A stretch of 64,000 nucleotides of DNA from Yuukianura sp. NJ FZ-2021 (lineage: Eukaryota), in the NCBI GenBank assembly GCA_046563655.1, contig CM102285.1:10788001-10852000 (forward strand). The letters are read 5' to 3'. Positions 52,547 through 64,000 of the stretch are shown here, in pieces. The stretch's first letter is position 1. Every line of letters begins with the position of its first letter. The notes under the pieces are model-generated. The model searched no databases, was not told the origin of the DNA, and worked only from the letters and a program-made list of their open reading frames with translations. Made by a program: the position numbers and the translations under genes.

Positions 52547-54139
52547 TTAGCATTTTTTAAGCCAGAACGGATAGGGCAAAGCAGCGTAGCTAGGAGGAAT
52601 TATTTCCTTTCCACCCATGTTCGTAGCAATTTCCGCAGAGAATTGTGCAATGGGTTCCTTTTGAAGCCAGCATCTCGGGTCGAGACGAAGTCCTGGAAAG
52701 TCCAAGAAGCGACTTTTGCTAGATACAGTTGACGTTTTAGTGCTTTGGAACATCTCTGGTGGAAAGAGAGCTGGAGGCTCAGTGATGCCAGTTTGAGTTG
52801 AAGTGTTTGAACTTTTACGACGTTTCAACCACATTGACAGTACATTGTCGTCGTCGTCATCAGCCTTGTCCTCGAAATCTTCTGGAACACTGGCACAAAC
52901 AATGCTGCTAGAGTCATCAGTAACCGACGCAACAGAAACTGATTCTTTGTCATCTACATCTGGCACAGTAAATGAACTGTCATGGCGTACCTGCAGATAA
53001 ATCGAAAAGATGAATAGATAATTCGTTGGCATATTGATTGGCAAAATTCAATGCAAATACCCTTAAATCCACTCCATGGTCCATTAGTACTTCAAAGTCA
53101 TCGTCGCCATCGCCTTCGCAATCCAATTTTCCCCACAGCCAGTTCTTGGTTTCCAAGACCTGGGAAACAAGATCAACTTTAAGCCAGGAAAAGTAAAAAC
53201 CTAATTTCGGCACTACGCTTATGATTCAGATGCATACATTTTGCCAACCGTAAGGAAATAGAGCAGGCGACCCTCTCTTCTGATCATCGGCAAGCCATTT
53301 GTTCATCAGTGTGTCTGTTGTTTCTATTTGAAGTCCCGGTTCTGTTGCAGCAATTGAAGTCTGGCGCAATTCCGGCTCCAAGACGGGGCGGGTATCATTG
53401 TCGCTGTTGGAAATAGGAGACGCGACATATCCCCAATTGCCAATTCTTTCGGAGACTTGTTCATAATCGGAGTTTAATTCCAAGCAGAACGGGACTTTCA
53501 ACTCATGTTGTCTACAATCAAAAATAGAAAGCTTTTAGAAAATTCAGTCTGGACAAGTTTGAAATTCAAGTGTCAAATGTCAGATTAGGATAATCTTTGG
53601 CATTACATGACAGCCTCCGGAATCTGCAGCTTCAAGAGTTGACTATTGTCGAAAGAATCCAAATTGGAAAGCGTACTTTGAAGATTGCCCAGTACTTGGT
53701 AAGTATTTTGGATATTGGTCTGAACAGAAATAAGAAAGCACAAATAGGTATCAAAATAGCTTTTCATAACCAAATTGTAGCTTTAAATTAATGTTTAGCG
53801 TGTGTAAAACCTACCTGCAGATTTGTTAGGTGAGTTTGACTCAAAAGGTTGACCTCATTGATTAGAGCTGTTTTGCGTTGAATCAGCTGTTCCGTAATTC
53901 TGTCAACAGCGTCTTCAATTTGAGCTTTTGACTGGAAACAAATAAAACCACAATTATTATCCAACACGCACGCACACGGCACAACTTTAAATCTACGTTA
54001 ACCTTCTTACCTGAACACAAATGTTCTGTGTACTATGTTGATCTATTTTTAGTTTCTCTAGTAGTGCCTGAGTATTGTCAATTTTTATTCGAAGCGTTTC
54101 TGCAATGCCATTTTTGAGCTGCTGGCGTTGATTCCCCAT
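52547..54139 (-). CDS. NCOA4: Nuclear receptor coactivator 4 (ARA70)-like ferritinophagy receptor, ~390 aa, 6 coding exons
   Basis: SKAQIEDAVDRITEQLIQRKTALINEVNLLSQTHLTNLQTNIQNTYQVLGNL aligns by eye to the human ARA70 coiled coil as I recall it (VKAQIHSCISRHLECLRSREVWLYEQVDL...LYSLLGQF). LELNSDYEQVSERIGNWG resembles LLFEADTITLRQTITTFG. The disordered tail has five xWL motifs. Confidence 0.75.
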
Positions 54140-54263
54140 TGCTTCTTTCCTGGGAAAGTAGAAATAAACATTATGGTTGATTACCTTTGGTTTCAATAAC
54201 ATAAACATTTATCCGCAAGGGTCGAATAAATGAATCAAATGACCAGTTCTCACCTTCTAATTG

Positions 54264-54470
54264 TCAGATGAGTCTGCCGCTAAGTGGTCCTTCCAGAACG
54301 AATTGGCACTGGATGTTGTTATGATGTTGGTCACTGAAGAAGTACTTGGCTTGTGTCTTGGACGGGAGGTAGAAACAGGGGTGGCGTACGTGACTCGGAG
54401 TGGAATGTCCATGGCTTCTTTCTTCTGTGTGAGTAGAGATTACTATGGAGAGGGTAAGGTTCATGCCCAT
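54264..54470 (-). CDS. His/Cys-rich 68-aa upstream ORF in the NCOA4 leader
   Basis: MGMNLTLSIVISTHTEERSHGHSTPSHVRHPCFYLPSKTQAKYFFSDQHHNNIQCQFVLEGPLSGRLI*. Its TGA is 10 nt before a GTGAG donor (54253) whose matching acceptor (54150) is 10 nt before the NCOA4 ATG. Confidence 0.6.
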   Translation of the reverse strand: MGMNLTLSIVISTHTEERSHGHSTPSHVRHPCFYLPSKTQAKYFFSDQHHNNIQCQFVLEGPLSGRLI

Positions 54471-57029
54471 GTGTGTTCATCCCACACGAGATATACAAAA
54501 AAAAAACACGAGTTACCTAACAGTAATAAACGACTCAAGATTAATCAGAGTCAGAAGATCCACTTAAACCACTTAACACTCTTATCCGATAAAAAAATTA
54601 ACAAATCATAGCATTTGATTTACGGACGTGCCATGCCATGCCTTAAATATAAAGCGTCATTTTGGTTGAGCGTCCCTAACTGGTAACATTTCCTTAAACA
54701 TAATATTTTGCATCAATGCAAAATTAATTACAAGTTAGTAATTAAGTAATTCAAATAAATAAAAGATTCTAAATTCAGTTGCATGCAATACTGTCCTTTT
54801 ACAGCGCACAACCCCTCTCCTATACGGAAAAAGTTGCATTTAGAACATGGAGGGTTTCCGATTCCGACTATGTAATTTCTAAAATTATTTTGAAATGTGT
54901 AGGAAAATATTAGATACAATTTTGAGTGCATGCTCGCATGATAGGAAAGTTTTGTTTCGCAAAATCGCTATTTTTCTCGCTAACTTTTGAGATAAAACAT
55001 AAAAATGAAGTGTTGAAAACCATACTCGAATGGTAACGCGCTTAATTTCTGTCAAAAAAACTTAGAGACTACAATTTAGTGTAACTAACTAATTAGATCA
55101 ATGCAACATGCATAATTCGTATTTATAAATTTCCGAAGGAATTCGGAGAAAGTGGGTTAAGCCCACATTCAGAAACAAGAACTTATATGTACATTTTATT
55201 TTAACTTTTTAAGGAAAAGGTCATCGAAAGTCACGCACCACTTGACTTGATTCGAACTTTTAAGATTTAAGACCACTCAAATTCGGACATTACTATTCAT
55301 CAAAAGCATAATCTTAACTACCACTTCTCATTTTACAGTTAACACTAACTAAGATAATACAATACAGCTTCACAAAATCTTAAAGACTCCAGTCAAGTTA
55401 CATCGCAGGTACACTTCTAATTGCTTTCCTTTAACGTCGTTCAACCTCGTTATTTACCAATAACCCGTAAGGGCCTAAGGTACTTAGCATTTTTTTTTCC
55501 AAAAAAAAAAAAATCCCTAACACTTTCAGTTTGAAAAAGCGAGCATGAACCTTGTTAGCTTCACAAACGCTGCGCCATTTAACATCCTCGAGCCTAACCG
55601 ATGAGAGGGCAGTTCAATCGTAAACCCTAATAAATTAATTTGTTTTTAAAAATTAGGCTCAAAATTAGACTAAACTTTGATGAGACATGAACATTTCAGT
55701 GCCCATAAAGCTAACCAAAACTACAAATTTCAATGATACTAGAGAAGAAACTAGCAGACACACCCTCTTCTCATCTCCTCATCTAAGCCCTAATGAAGAT
55801 GATTATGAAAATACATTATGAATTTCATACCTCCTTTGAATCCTAATCACTAGCTTAGCTTTAGGTAACTATCGCATAAGTTAACGAACGTAACGGTTAG
55901 TACAAAAATTGTTAGTAGATAATCTCAAACCTTAAAAGTATACAACAGAAATCAAACCTAATCTTCATATTAGGATCATTTTACAACGAATTAATACCGT
56001 ATCGAATAGCTGAATTTGCAAAGGATTGTTTACGGTAAGAATTCAACTTGCTTGTTCAGAAACTGTTGTCGTAAAGCTATAGCTATTAGATTTCAGAAAC
56101 TACTGTCTAGTTTTTACAGCTAACAGCTTCAGTAACTTTGAAAGCGTCTGTTCTAAGATCATATCAAATGACACTTAGTACTTGAAATTTTTTTTAACTT
56201 TCTCTGATTAAAAATGCCTGAGGTCATATTTAAAATAAGAACCGAAGAGGTCATGAAACTACAGGACGCTCTATAAACTACAAGTGGCAGTGCCCAACAG
56301 GGTAATAAATAGGAAACATAGTTTCAGATTTCAAATTAGCAGTTTTGAAAACGGAGTACACCAAACCATTACTTGACTAAAACACTTCACATGCAGCCTG
56401 TGGGAAACATGTCACTTCACTAAAATACTCTTAACTGGATTAAGTTAACACACTTAAGACCATTAAAGAAATTAAACTAACACTTAAATCGAAGTTCTTA
56501 AGAAGTGTTCCCATCGCTCATATTCAATTACTGCAAGCCTGAGTTGTTTTTCATTCACTCAAGCATTGATGAGACATTGGATCGCGTGTGATTTAACTCT
56601 TTTGCACCGTGCTTTCTCTTCTAATACAGTTTCCGTTTGCAAAGCTCTTTCGGAAATTGCTTACACCTTTAGGCCAGGACGGTGGTTGTTAGTAGAACCC
56701 AAGCACACGTCATTTGTTCAAATTCAATTGCATCAACTTATCGTAGCTCTAATTCCCACTCCAATTAAGTTAAGATGTTTGTTGCGGCTGAATTGACTGA
56801 ATTTTAAGCAAGAAGGTGACCTGAAACGGACATTGCGAACTTGGATACGAAAAGACGACGATGTTGATGTTGTTTCGAAATTGCAAAATATTTGTTTGGT
56901 TCCTTTTGTGTTGAATGTTGACCGAGAATGATTTCATTGGGCAGAAGCGACATGTCATTGTGGATGATGTTTACGGGAAGATGAGAATGGATCTGAACAA
57001 TTGAAGCAGCTTTCACAGGGTTGGTTCGT

Positions 57030-60000
57030 TCATTCTGACACTGCATGCCAGTATTGAACTTGTTCCTTTTGTTTGGCTAACATTTCAGTCCAGTGGTCAT
57101 GTCCTTTTCCACGAGCAAACATAAAGGAACCAAGCACGAGTCTCCCAGCAGATTGATCTGGAGAAGAAGAAAAAAATTACAGTTACAACATCAATCCTTC
57201 AACCACTTTCTTTTGGTAAAAATGAAAGAATTTCCGAATGTTTTCATAAAGCAAGTACGCAATTCGGAGCGAGTGAGGCTAGGCTTTAGCAGAATCAATA
57301 TGATTTCGATTCGTTCAACTTTGGTGTCAAAGTTGAACCGATTTCCCAAGCAGTTTGAATTTGATGGATCGCTCAATGTCAAGCAATTGCTCGTGACTTG
57401 CCCAAAATAGAGAAAGCAGCAAAGGGAAAAAGTCGAAAAATGCATTTGGTAAACTACGTGTTATTGCATCAAGCAGAGTTTTGCTGAGTCAGCTCGCAAA
57501 TACTACTCTACTGAATGAAATAGAGTAGTGAAAGTGTCGTACCGGTAAACATAATACCTTTATTGTATCCTGGCTGAGCATACATCAGTTGAACGCAAAT
57601 GCTCGCCGTATCAAGCAGTTCTGCTGGCAGCTTGAAATTGAAGCTCTCGTTGAAAGATGAGCGACATCCGAGGATCTGAAATGAAAAAAAATACAGTTTT
57701 GTAAAAGTTTTGCAAAATGTAATCAAGAAAAGAGAAAGCTTCGCTCCAACAATTCTTAAAAAAGTTTTCCAAGAAATATTTCCCTATCTATTCATTTTCT
57801 ACAAACGAGAACTGAGACTTTTTCATAGGAAGCTTTGTCCTAACGAATAAATTAAAAACGACTCATTCTTGATATTCAATTAATCGGTTGCCGAAACTAC
57901 TTCCTTCTAAAGTGAAGTTAACAAAGGAAAAGGACGTTGAACTGCATTTGAAACGTAGTTTGTTCAACCCGATTCATGCAAATTTTATTGGGTTTCTACG
58001 ATTCTGAGAAAAATGAAGTAGTAGTGATTTCTTCTGTCATAAAGTGAAAGTTATGATTTTTGATGTTCAAGTGCTTCCAGTTTTGTAAAAAGTGAAAGTT
58101 ATGGTCTTTGATGATCAAAAGCCCCCGCTTCTCTAAAAAGTAAAATGGACTTGTTGCTCTTCTGCCAACTTTCTATCTTGTTAGAAGATGAAAAAAAAAT
58201 CAGTTCTTTCTCTATGTACAAAGAAATGATTGCTTTGATAAAGAAAAGAACCGAGGAGAAAGTAGAAAATACTGTACAGTTGTTGACTTCTTCAAAGAAA
58301 TAATTCCATTTGAGGAAGATAGAGGATGAGGGAAGAAGGCTTCACCAATCAATTTCCTTTTCTTGCTCATCAAAAGAAAAAGTACAACAAAATTTTCAAC
58401 TTGGGAGCGACTAAAGTCAAACAGTTGAGAAAAGAAAGTCTTTTTTTGGCTCTGGACTGCGTTGATAATTATTTAATTTCTCGCTTCATTAAGTCCTACA
58501 CTAGATTCAGTCATGCCCAAATTAATCCAACTTGTTAACCCAAATCAAGAGCAACTTTCTCTATTTTTATAGTAAGTTTCATTTAAAGTCCAGAACTTTC
58601 ACTTGTTCTTGAAAGGCCATTTTAGTTTCAATTAGATATTTCCTAGTTCTCTCTCCCAAAGTGCATCTTTCAGTTCAATTAGAACTTAAATCCTGCATTT
58701 AATCTCCGTCCTTTCTCTAAAGTCCTTACAAAACTAGGTTAAAGTTTACTTTCACAACTCCTCTCTGTAAAGCTTTCTTTTATCCTCTGCAGCATGGCTG
58801 CATGAACGTAATTTGGCACATTTCGGCGACTTGGGATAAGAGAAATTGCAAAATGGAAAGTAAAATGCACAGAATCAAAACTTGGAACTGAAATCTGTGA
58901 ATTAGAATTTGTTGACATAAGGCTGAAGTTGAAGTGCTGCAACGTTCGTTTCTAGGAGATAGCATATAGGGTTTGCTCATTCCATGTTTCCTGCCAATAA
59001 GGTTTATGCAACCTTCCCTAGCCATAACAGAAAATCAGAATTTTCAAAACTCACTTACCGCAACAGTAGACGTCTTTTTGGTCTTGATCATTTTCGTATG
59101 TTGTGTCAGTGAAATTTTTGCGTAGAGACCAGAGGCGGATTCCCGTGACTGGTGAAAGTCAAAAAACAAAAGCCACACGTCAGTATTTGTCAAAATCAAA
59201 ACCAGGGATTTTGTGGTTAAAAAGTTGTGCAAACCGCAAAATTTCAAGGTTTACATAAAACCAGCACTGTCTAAGAAGAATCCACGCTTAAGTCAATGTC
59301 ATGCGTCAAATTTCAAGGATAAAGCAGTTAAGTGGTACTTCATCTTGGTGACTTGTCGTCATATAAGGTCAACCCTTGACAAATATGGCATTTCCCGACC
59401 CTTGTAGTGCCAAAATTGAGTTTGGTCTGTTATGTCTTTTCTTCAAGCTAACTCGAATAAGGATGCAGTGCTTCCCTGTCCCTTAAAGCCCTAATCTCCA
59501 AAACGTCAAAAGAAGAACGTCGTGTGGGTTTTGTAAATTCAATTTCCTGCATCACATGTTTTCCCCCAGTAAGACTCCGTTTGCAGTTTTTATTCCCTTG
59601 TATTTTCTCTGCAAAATTGAATCTATGCCAGGAAATAAACAAGTGGAGAAAGGTACTTTGAAAGTGAAAGTAAAAACAGCAATAAGGAACACCCCACAAA
59701 ATCGCAAAAATTCAATTAGCCCGAGCAACGGAATTTTTCTAACAAAATCCTTTGCAGTTCCTTTACCGTAATCCTTTTCCAAGGAACATTTAAGCCTAAA
59801 CGGAGCCAAAGGAAAACAAAAAACAACTCAAATTCAAAATGGCTCATTTCCAACACGTTTGTTTTCTCCTTAGTCTGGATTTACACGGACTCCCGACTGC
59901 TTCCGTTTTGTCTTAGGCCAAAATGTCACTATGTCTGAAACTACCCCGGAGTGTCTTTGCCCTCATCCTGGTTATCAGTTAAGTAGAAAGCGGAAGACAA

Positions 60001-63000
60001 TACGTAGGACTTGGCTCTTCCTTGTGTTTGTGTTTCTAGGAGAAAGTGTTTGGGAAGAACAAATTGCGTCTTTCTTACCTTGATCCCCTTCGCTTCAAAG
60101 ACGGAGACAGTGAGACGTGAGATGTTGGCGTTGTAACAAAGAGACACTAAAACTTCCCCAATGTTTGGAGACAATTCTCCAATGTCTCGGACCAGGTCTT
60201 CCTTGAAAATCTACCAACAACAAAGGCAAAAAAAAATATTTAGACCAAAAACTTGTCAACGTGCGTTGACTTTCACTGTTTTCTCTTGTTTCCACGAAAT
60301 CATCATCCTGGCATTCGCAGGGGTCAAAATCCTAACAAAAATGTCAAAACCTGAAAAAAAAACTCTACTCCAAAATCCGCGAATTTAATGCATCCTAGCA
60401 TGTAACTAAAGTTAATTATGCAAATATGATAAATATTCTGATAATATTACATTAAACAACACGTTCTAAAACTGTATTTTGTCACTTTCGAGTTAAAATT
60501 AGGTTGATGTTAAAGTGAGACTTTTCTCAGCTCGTGTGTTCTGAGAATCATGACTGCAAGATTCATCTTTGCAAGAGGTGTGTGTGACACATTTTGAAGT
60601 TTGATTGCTAATTAAGCCTGGGAGTTCTGAATTAAAGTGAGAAGCGACAGAGCGACAGTGTTGCAAATGCTGGTTTTCCTGGAAACTTTCACTCAAAAAG
60701 AGAGGAAGAGGCTGGAAGCCAAATGCTGGCAAACCAACATAACGTTTTTTTTCATAACGATTCCCCAAAAGGTAGAAATAATTATTATAGTTAATTAACA
60801 CTACCGAGATTTAACAAACAAGTTTTGAGTGAAATTCTGAGAAGAAGAAGTATCAAAACACGAAACTCACTGTCAACACTTTAGAAATCCAATGCCAAAA
60901 ATTCATTAAAACTTGAATTACAAAAGCACGCGCGCATCTTAACCTACTGAAAAGTTTTGTAAAGCTCATTATGCTGGAACTATGATTAAATTTCAAAGAT
61001 ACTGGACAAAGCGCAGAACTTTGGCGAGTGGAATACTACAAAGCTTTTGTAAAAAAGCTTAGACGACATTTGGTAAGCATTTCATGAAAAAAAATTGAAA
61101 AAACGGGAGATTTCTAGAGTAAAAGGCCTCTCTGACGTCAAAAACTGGAAGCCCACAAGGTCTTAGGCCATTCTTGTTCAACCTTTCCAGCAAAATTTGA
61201 GTCACTGGTGAATCAACCCGTTGATCTACGGATTCAGAGGTTCCCAGTTAGAAGCATGCCGAGATTAAATTCTCGATGAATAGGAATGATGATGAATGAC
61301 GGTGGAGAAAGTAAGTGAAAGGGACATTAGATCTTCCTGAACTTAACAAAAGATTCTAAGTAAACAACCAACCATGATGCTTCTACGGGAAGCCGTCTCC
61401 AACTGTTACCGGGTTTTGGACCGATATTGATCACCGTCAAGTGATCCCAAAGATTTAAGCCTAACATAATCTCTCCGCTTTTTGAAACTTTCACACTGAC
61501 ATTTTTCAAAAAGTTTTTAACCAGGATGCAAAACTTTTGTAGCAACGATAGTTAAGCTAACGAAGCCTTCAAACCAAATTAGAAAACTCATCTTCCGCAA
61601 TATTTCGAAGTACCTTAAACTTTCATTTGTTAAAGACTAACCAGTTTTGATTTTTGAAAATAAAGTTTTGCGGAAGCTTTGGAGTATAATAGCGGAACAT
61701 GTCTTTTTAGCAGAACTTTTTGTTCTTCTAAGAAATTCTTTGTCCAATTTAGTGAAGTACATACCTGTTTTCCGAACGACCAGTCCAAATCCTTCAGAGG
61801 GTGAATGACGTATCCGAGCATTGTGTGCTTCTTGTTCTGGTCCACATCATAAATACACAGCTTCAAAGATCTTTCGTCAAGAGCTGCTCGAGAAATCTAC
61901 AAAAATCCAAATGAAAATTAACCTTGAAAATCTGAGTTTCTTGAAGAAATTTTGTCAACTTTCTCCAAGTTTTCAAAGACCAGACACGAACAAAATCTTA
62001 TTCCTGAGTCTAAAGTGCACTTGAGTACTTAGTACTATAACAAGAGCAAAAAATTACTTTATCATAACCTTAACGAACGAATTACACTGAATTCACTTGA
62101 AACTGACAGAGAAAATCATTTACTCTACGATCCTTCATGCCCTTGACACAGAGACTCAAAATTTAATTTATTTCTTCCATTTTTAGCACATTCGAGTTCC
62201 GAAAAATGATTTTTTGGTTTCAATTCCAATTTGTCCTGGGCAATTGAAAAAGTCTAATCTTGTAATCAGTTTATGGCAAGTTCTCGTTTTTGTAAATGTG
62301 TCAAGGATGACGTTCTCATTTCTCTTTCGCAAATGATTTAGAAGTAATATATCCCAGTCCAGATTCTAAATCCAGGAAAATTGGAATTCGGTTTCCGCAG
62401 AGCTCTACTAGTTTTTTCTAATCCTTAAAGTTTCCACTTTATAAAACTCATTGTCAGTAGTCATATTTCGTTGTACTTCACTGGGAAATTTTTTGAAATG
62501 TTCATTCTAGTGTAAAGATAATACAATTTTCAAAAGCAAAAGCACTTCTATATTTGTAAATATCCGCTTTCTCTGTGTCCTGTCACTTGCTTCGCGCGTC
62601 TTTGGCAACATTTCCACCATAGTTTCAAATCCTTCACAACAACCTTGTACGTTACTTGGAAAGTCAACAAGTGAAAGTTTCAATATTTTCAGCATTCAGA
62701 CATCCTTTGTTACAGTATTCCCTCGCGGGATATTTACTATCTCTGCACTCGAAACAATTTTTTTTTCATTTTATGATGTGAAGACTTACCTGAAATCCAA
62801 AAGTTTCATCAAATTGGGGATTGTTTGTCATTTTCCGTGCTTTGGAAAGCAGTGTTCTTCGTTCATCTGGAAAAAGAGATACTTTGGCATAAGGGCTGTA
62901 GCAGACAGCTCCTGAAGAGCCACCAGCACTCCCAGACGTAGGTGACCCACGTCCTACGAGCTTCTTGACCTTAATGACCGTGACCAAGAGGCGCTCACTG

Positions 63001-63142
63001 GTCGTGTCATACTCAAGGGCATACCACGCCCGTCCATACTGTGACTCTCCGGCAGCTCCGCCTCCTTCTCCATCTTCCTCCCCATCATCTTCTGGTTTCA
63101 ATTTATAAAGTTCTGGATTGAGTCCACCCAAGCCGCAAGCAC
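57030..63142 (-). CDS. SYT15: Synaptotagmin-15-like, C2A and C2B exons (5' end not identified, probably outside window)
   Basis: LGGLNPELYK, YGRAWYALEYD, PYAKVSLFPDE, NPQFDETFGFQ; GEVLVSLCYN, FNESFNFKL, GRLVLGSFMFARGKGHDHWTEMLAKQKEQVQYWHAV. Exons at ~62790-63142, 61764-61897, 60079-60210, 59059-59148, 57557-57676, 57030-57157. Confidence 0.82.
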
Positions 63143-64000
63143 CTGTTGAATTACAAAAGAGAGATAAGTGAGAACTGTACTGCCAAGACAAGCTGACTTT
63201 GCCAAAAATAAACGCTGACTTTCTTTACTAATTGGATGAAGATGGTAGAGATAATGGTTTAGGGAGGGTGGGATGTAAACTTTCTCCATTCATAACTTTC
63301 ATTTTCATCTTCCTCACAAACTAACCCGCCCACGCTCTCCGCATTCCCCACATTTTCTATATCCCATTTTAGAATGTAAGCGTGCCTCGAAGTAAACATG
63401 TGCGGAAAAAAGGACTTGTTTGTAGCTATTTCTGGAGTCCATGGAAGAAAGCGTAGGTGTTTGTTATTTCGGAGAAAGTCGGAGATCCAGGGAGGATTTA
63501 ACTCTCAGACAAACATTGTGGGCGGAGAACACTTTCTCTGGAATTGACTACAGTAACCACAACGTGATCTGTCAAAATCAGGCATATTATAAAACCACAA
63601 CAAGGAATAAACCTGCCACGATCATCTCGTTCATATCTCTCGTCATTCACGAAACTCTAGATTTTTTTTAATTTAAGCTCCGCAGCGCGTGTACACTTGG
63701 CAATTACACATTGTAATTTGAAAGGCTTCCGTAGAAGTCAGCCCACCACAATAAATGTCACAAAAGTGAATCGTAATTGCTCAATTAATTCAACAACAAA
63801 AATTCTTTGCCGTGGTTTTAACAAGAAACTTAACGAGTTTTTCAACGACCCGTTTTACATTAGTAAAATGTCATATTAAAAAGCAAATCCTTCCATAGTA
63901 CCTCTACAGCTTTTACACTATGGTAGGTGTTACTATTTTTTCTTGGAAAATCATTAACCAGAAGTCATTTTGCAACTTCGTGGTGCAGCACACTTTTAAT

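Noticed and set aside
54300..54345. CAGUGN hexamers in the NCOA4 leader as iron-responsive elements
   Set aside because: Flanks do not form the 5-bp upper stem with a bulged C.
58041..58150. 48-bp period repeat in a SYT15 intron
   Set aside because: Only two to three degenerate copies, with a stop in the obvious reading frame; no nested gene is supported.
59941..59967. Possible SYT15 micro-exon DEGKDTPG
   Set aside because: Its donor phase does not match the next exon; it could only be a terminal exon, and nothing else supports that.

Overview
AT-rich, gene-dense eukaryotic DNA with many short (mostly ~50-110 nt) spliceosomal introns. It is from an invertebrate animal: a beta-carbonic anhydrase is present, and a non-insect arthropod is my unverified guess. 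I reconstructed about 20 protein genes by hand-splicing. In order they are: four RDH11-14-like SDRs (one disrupted) interrupted by an ABCB1/P-glycoprotein, a tRNA-Lys(UUU), PDPR, RNase H1, ALG-2/PDCD6, SLC35B3, a quinone oxidoreductase, SPEF1, beta-CA, an orphan Cys-rich GPI-like protein, a fungal/bacterial-type polyol SDR, THOC1, NFX1/stc, TTI1, ELOVL6, NCOA4 and the 3' part of SYT15. There are also two MITEs and a degenerate repeat. The most interesting signal is a His/Cys-rich 68-codon ORF ending 20 spliced nt before the start of an NCOA4-like ferritinophagy receptor, a candidate metal-responsive uORF/bicistronic system. Other notable signals are an AUG-less in-frame N-terminal extension of RNase H1 (candidate CUG-initiated mitochondrial isoform) and a perfect ERSE upstream of ALG-2. 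Gene names rest on motif recognition from memory, not database searches.
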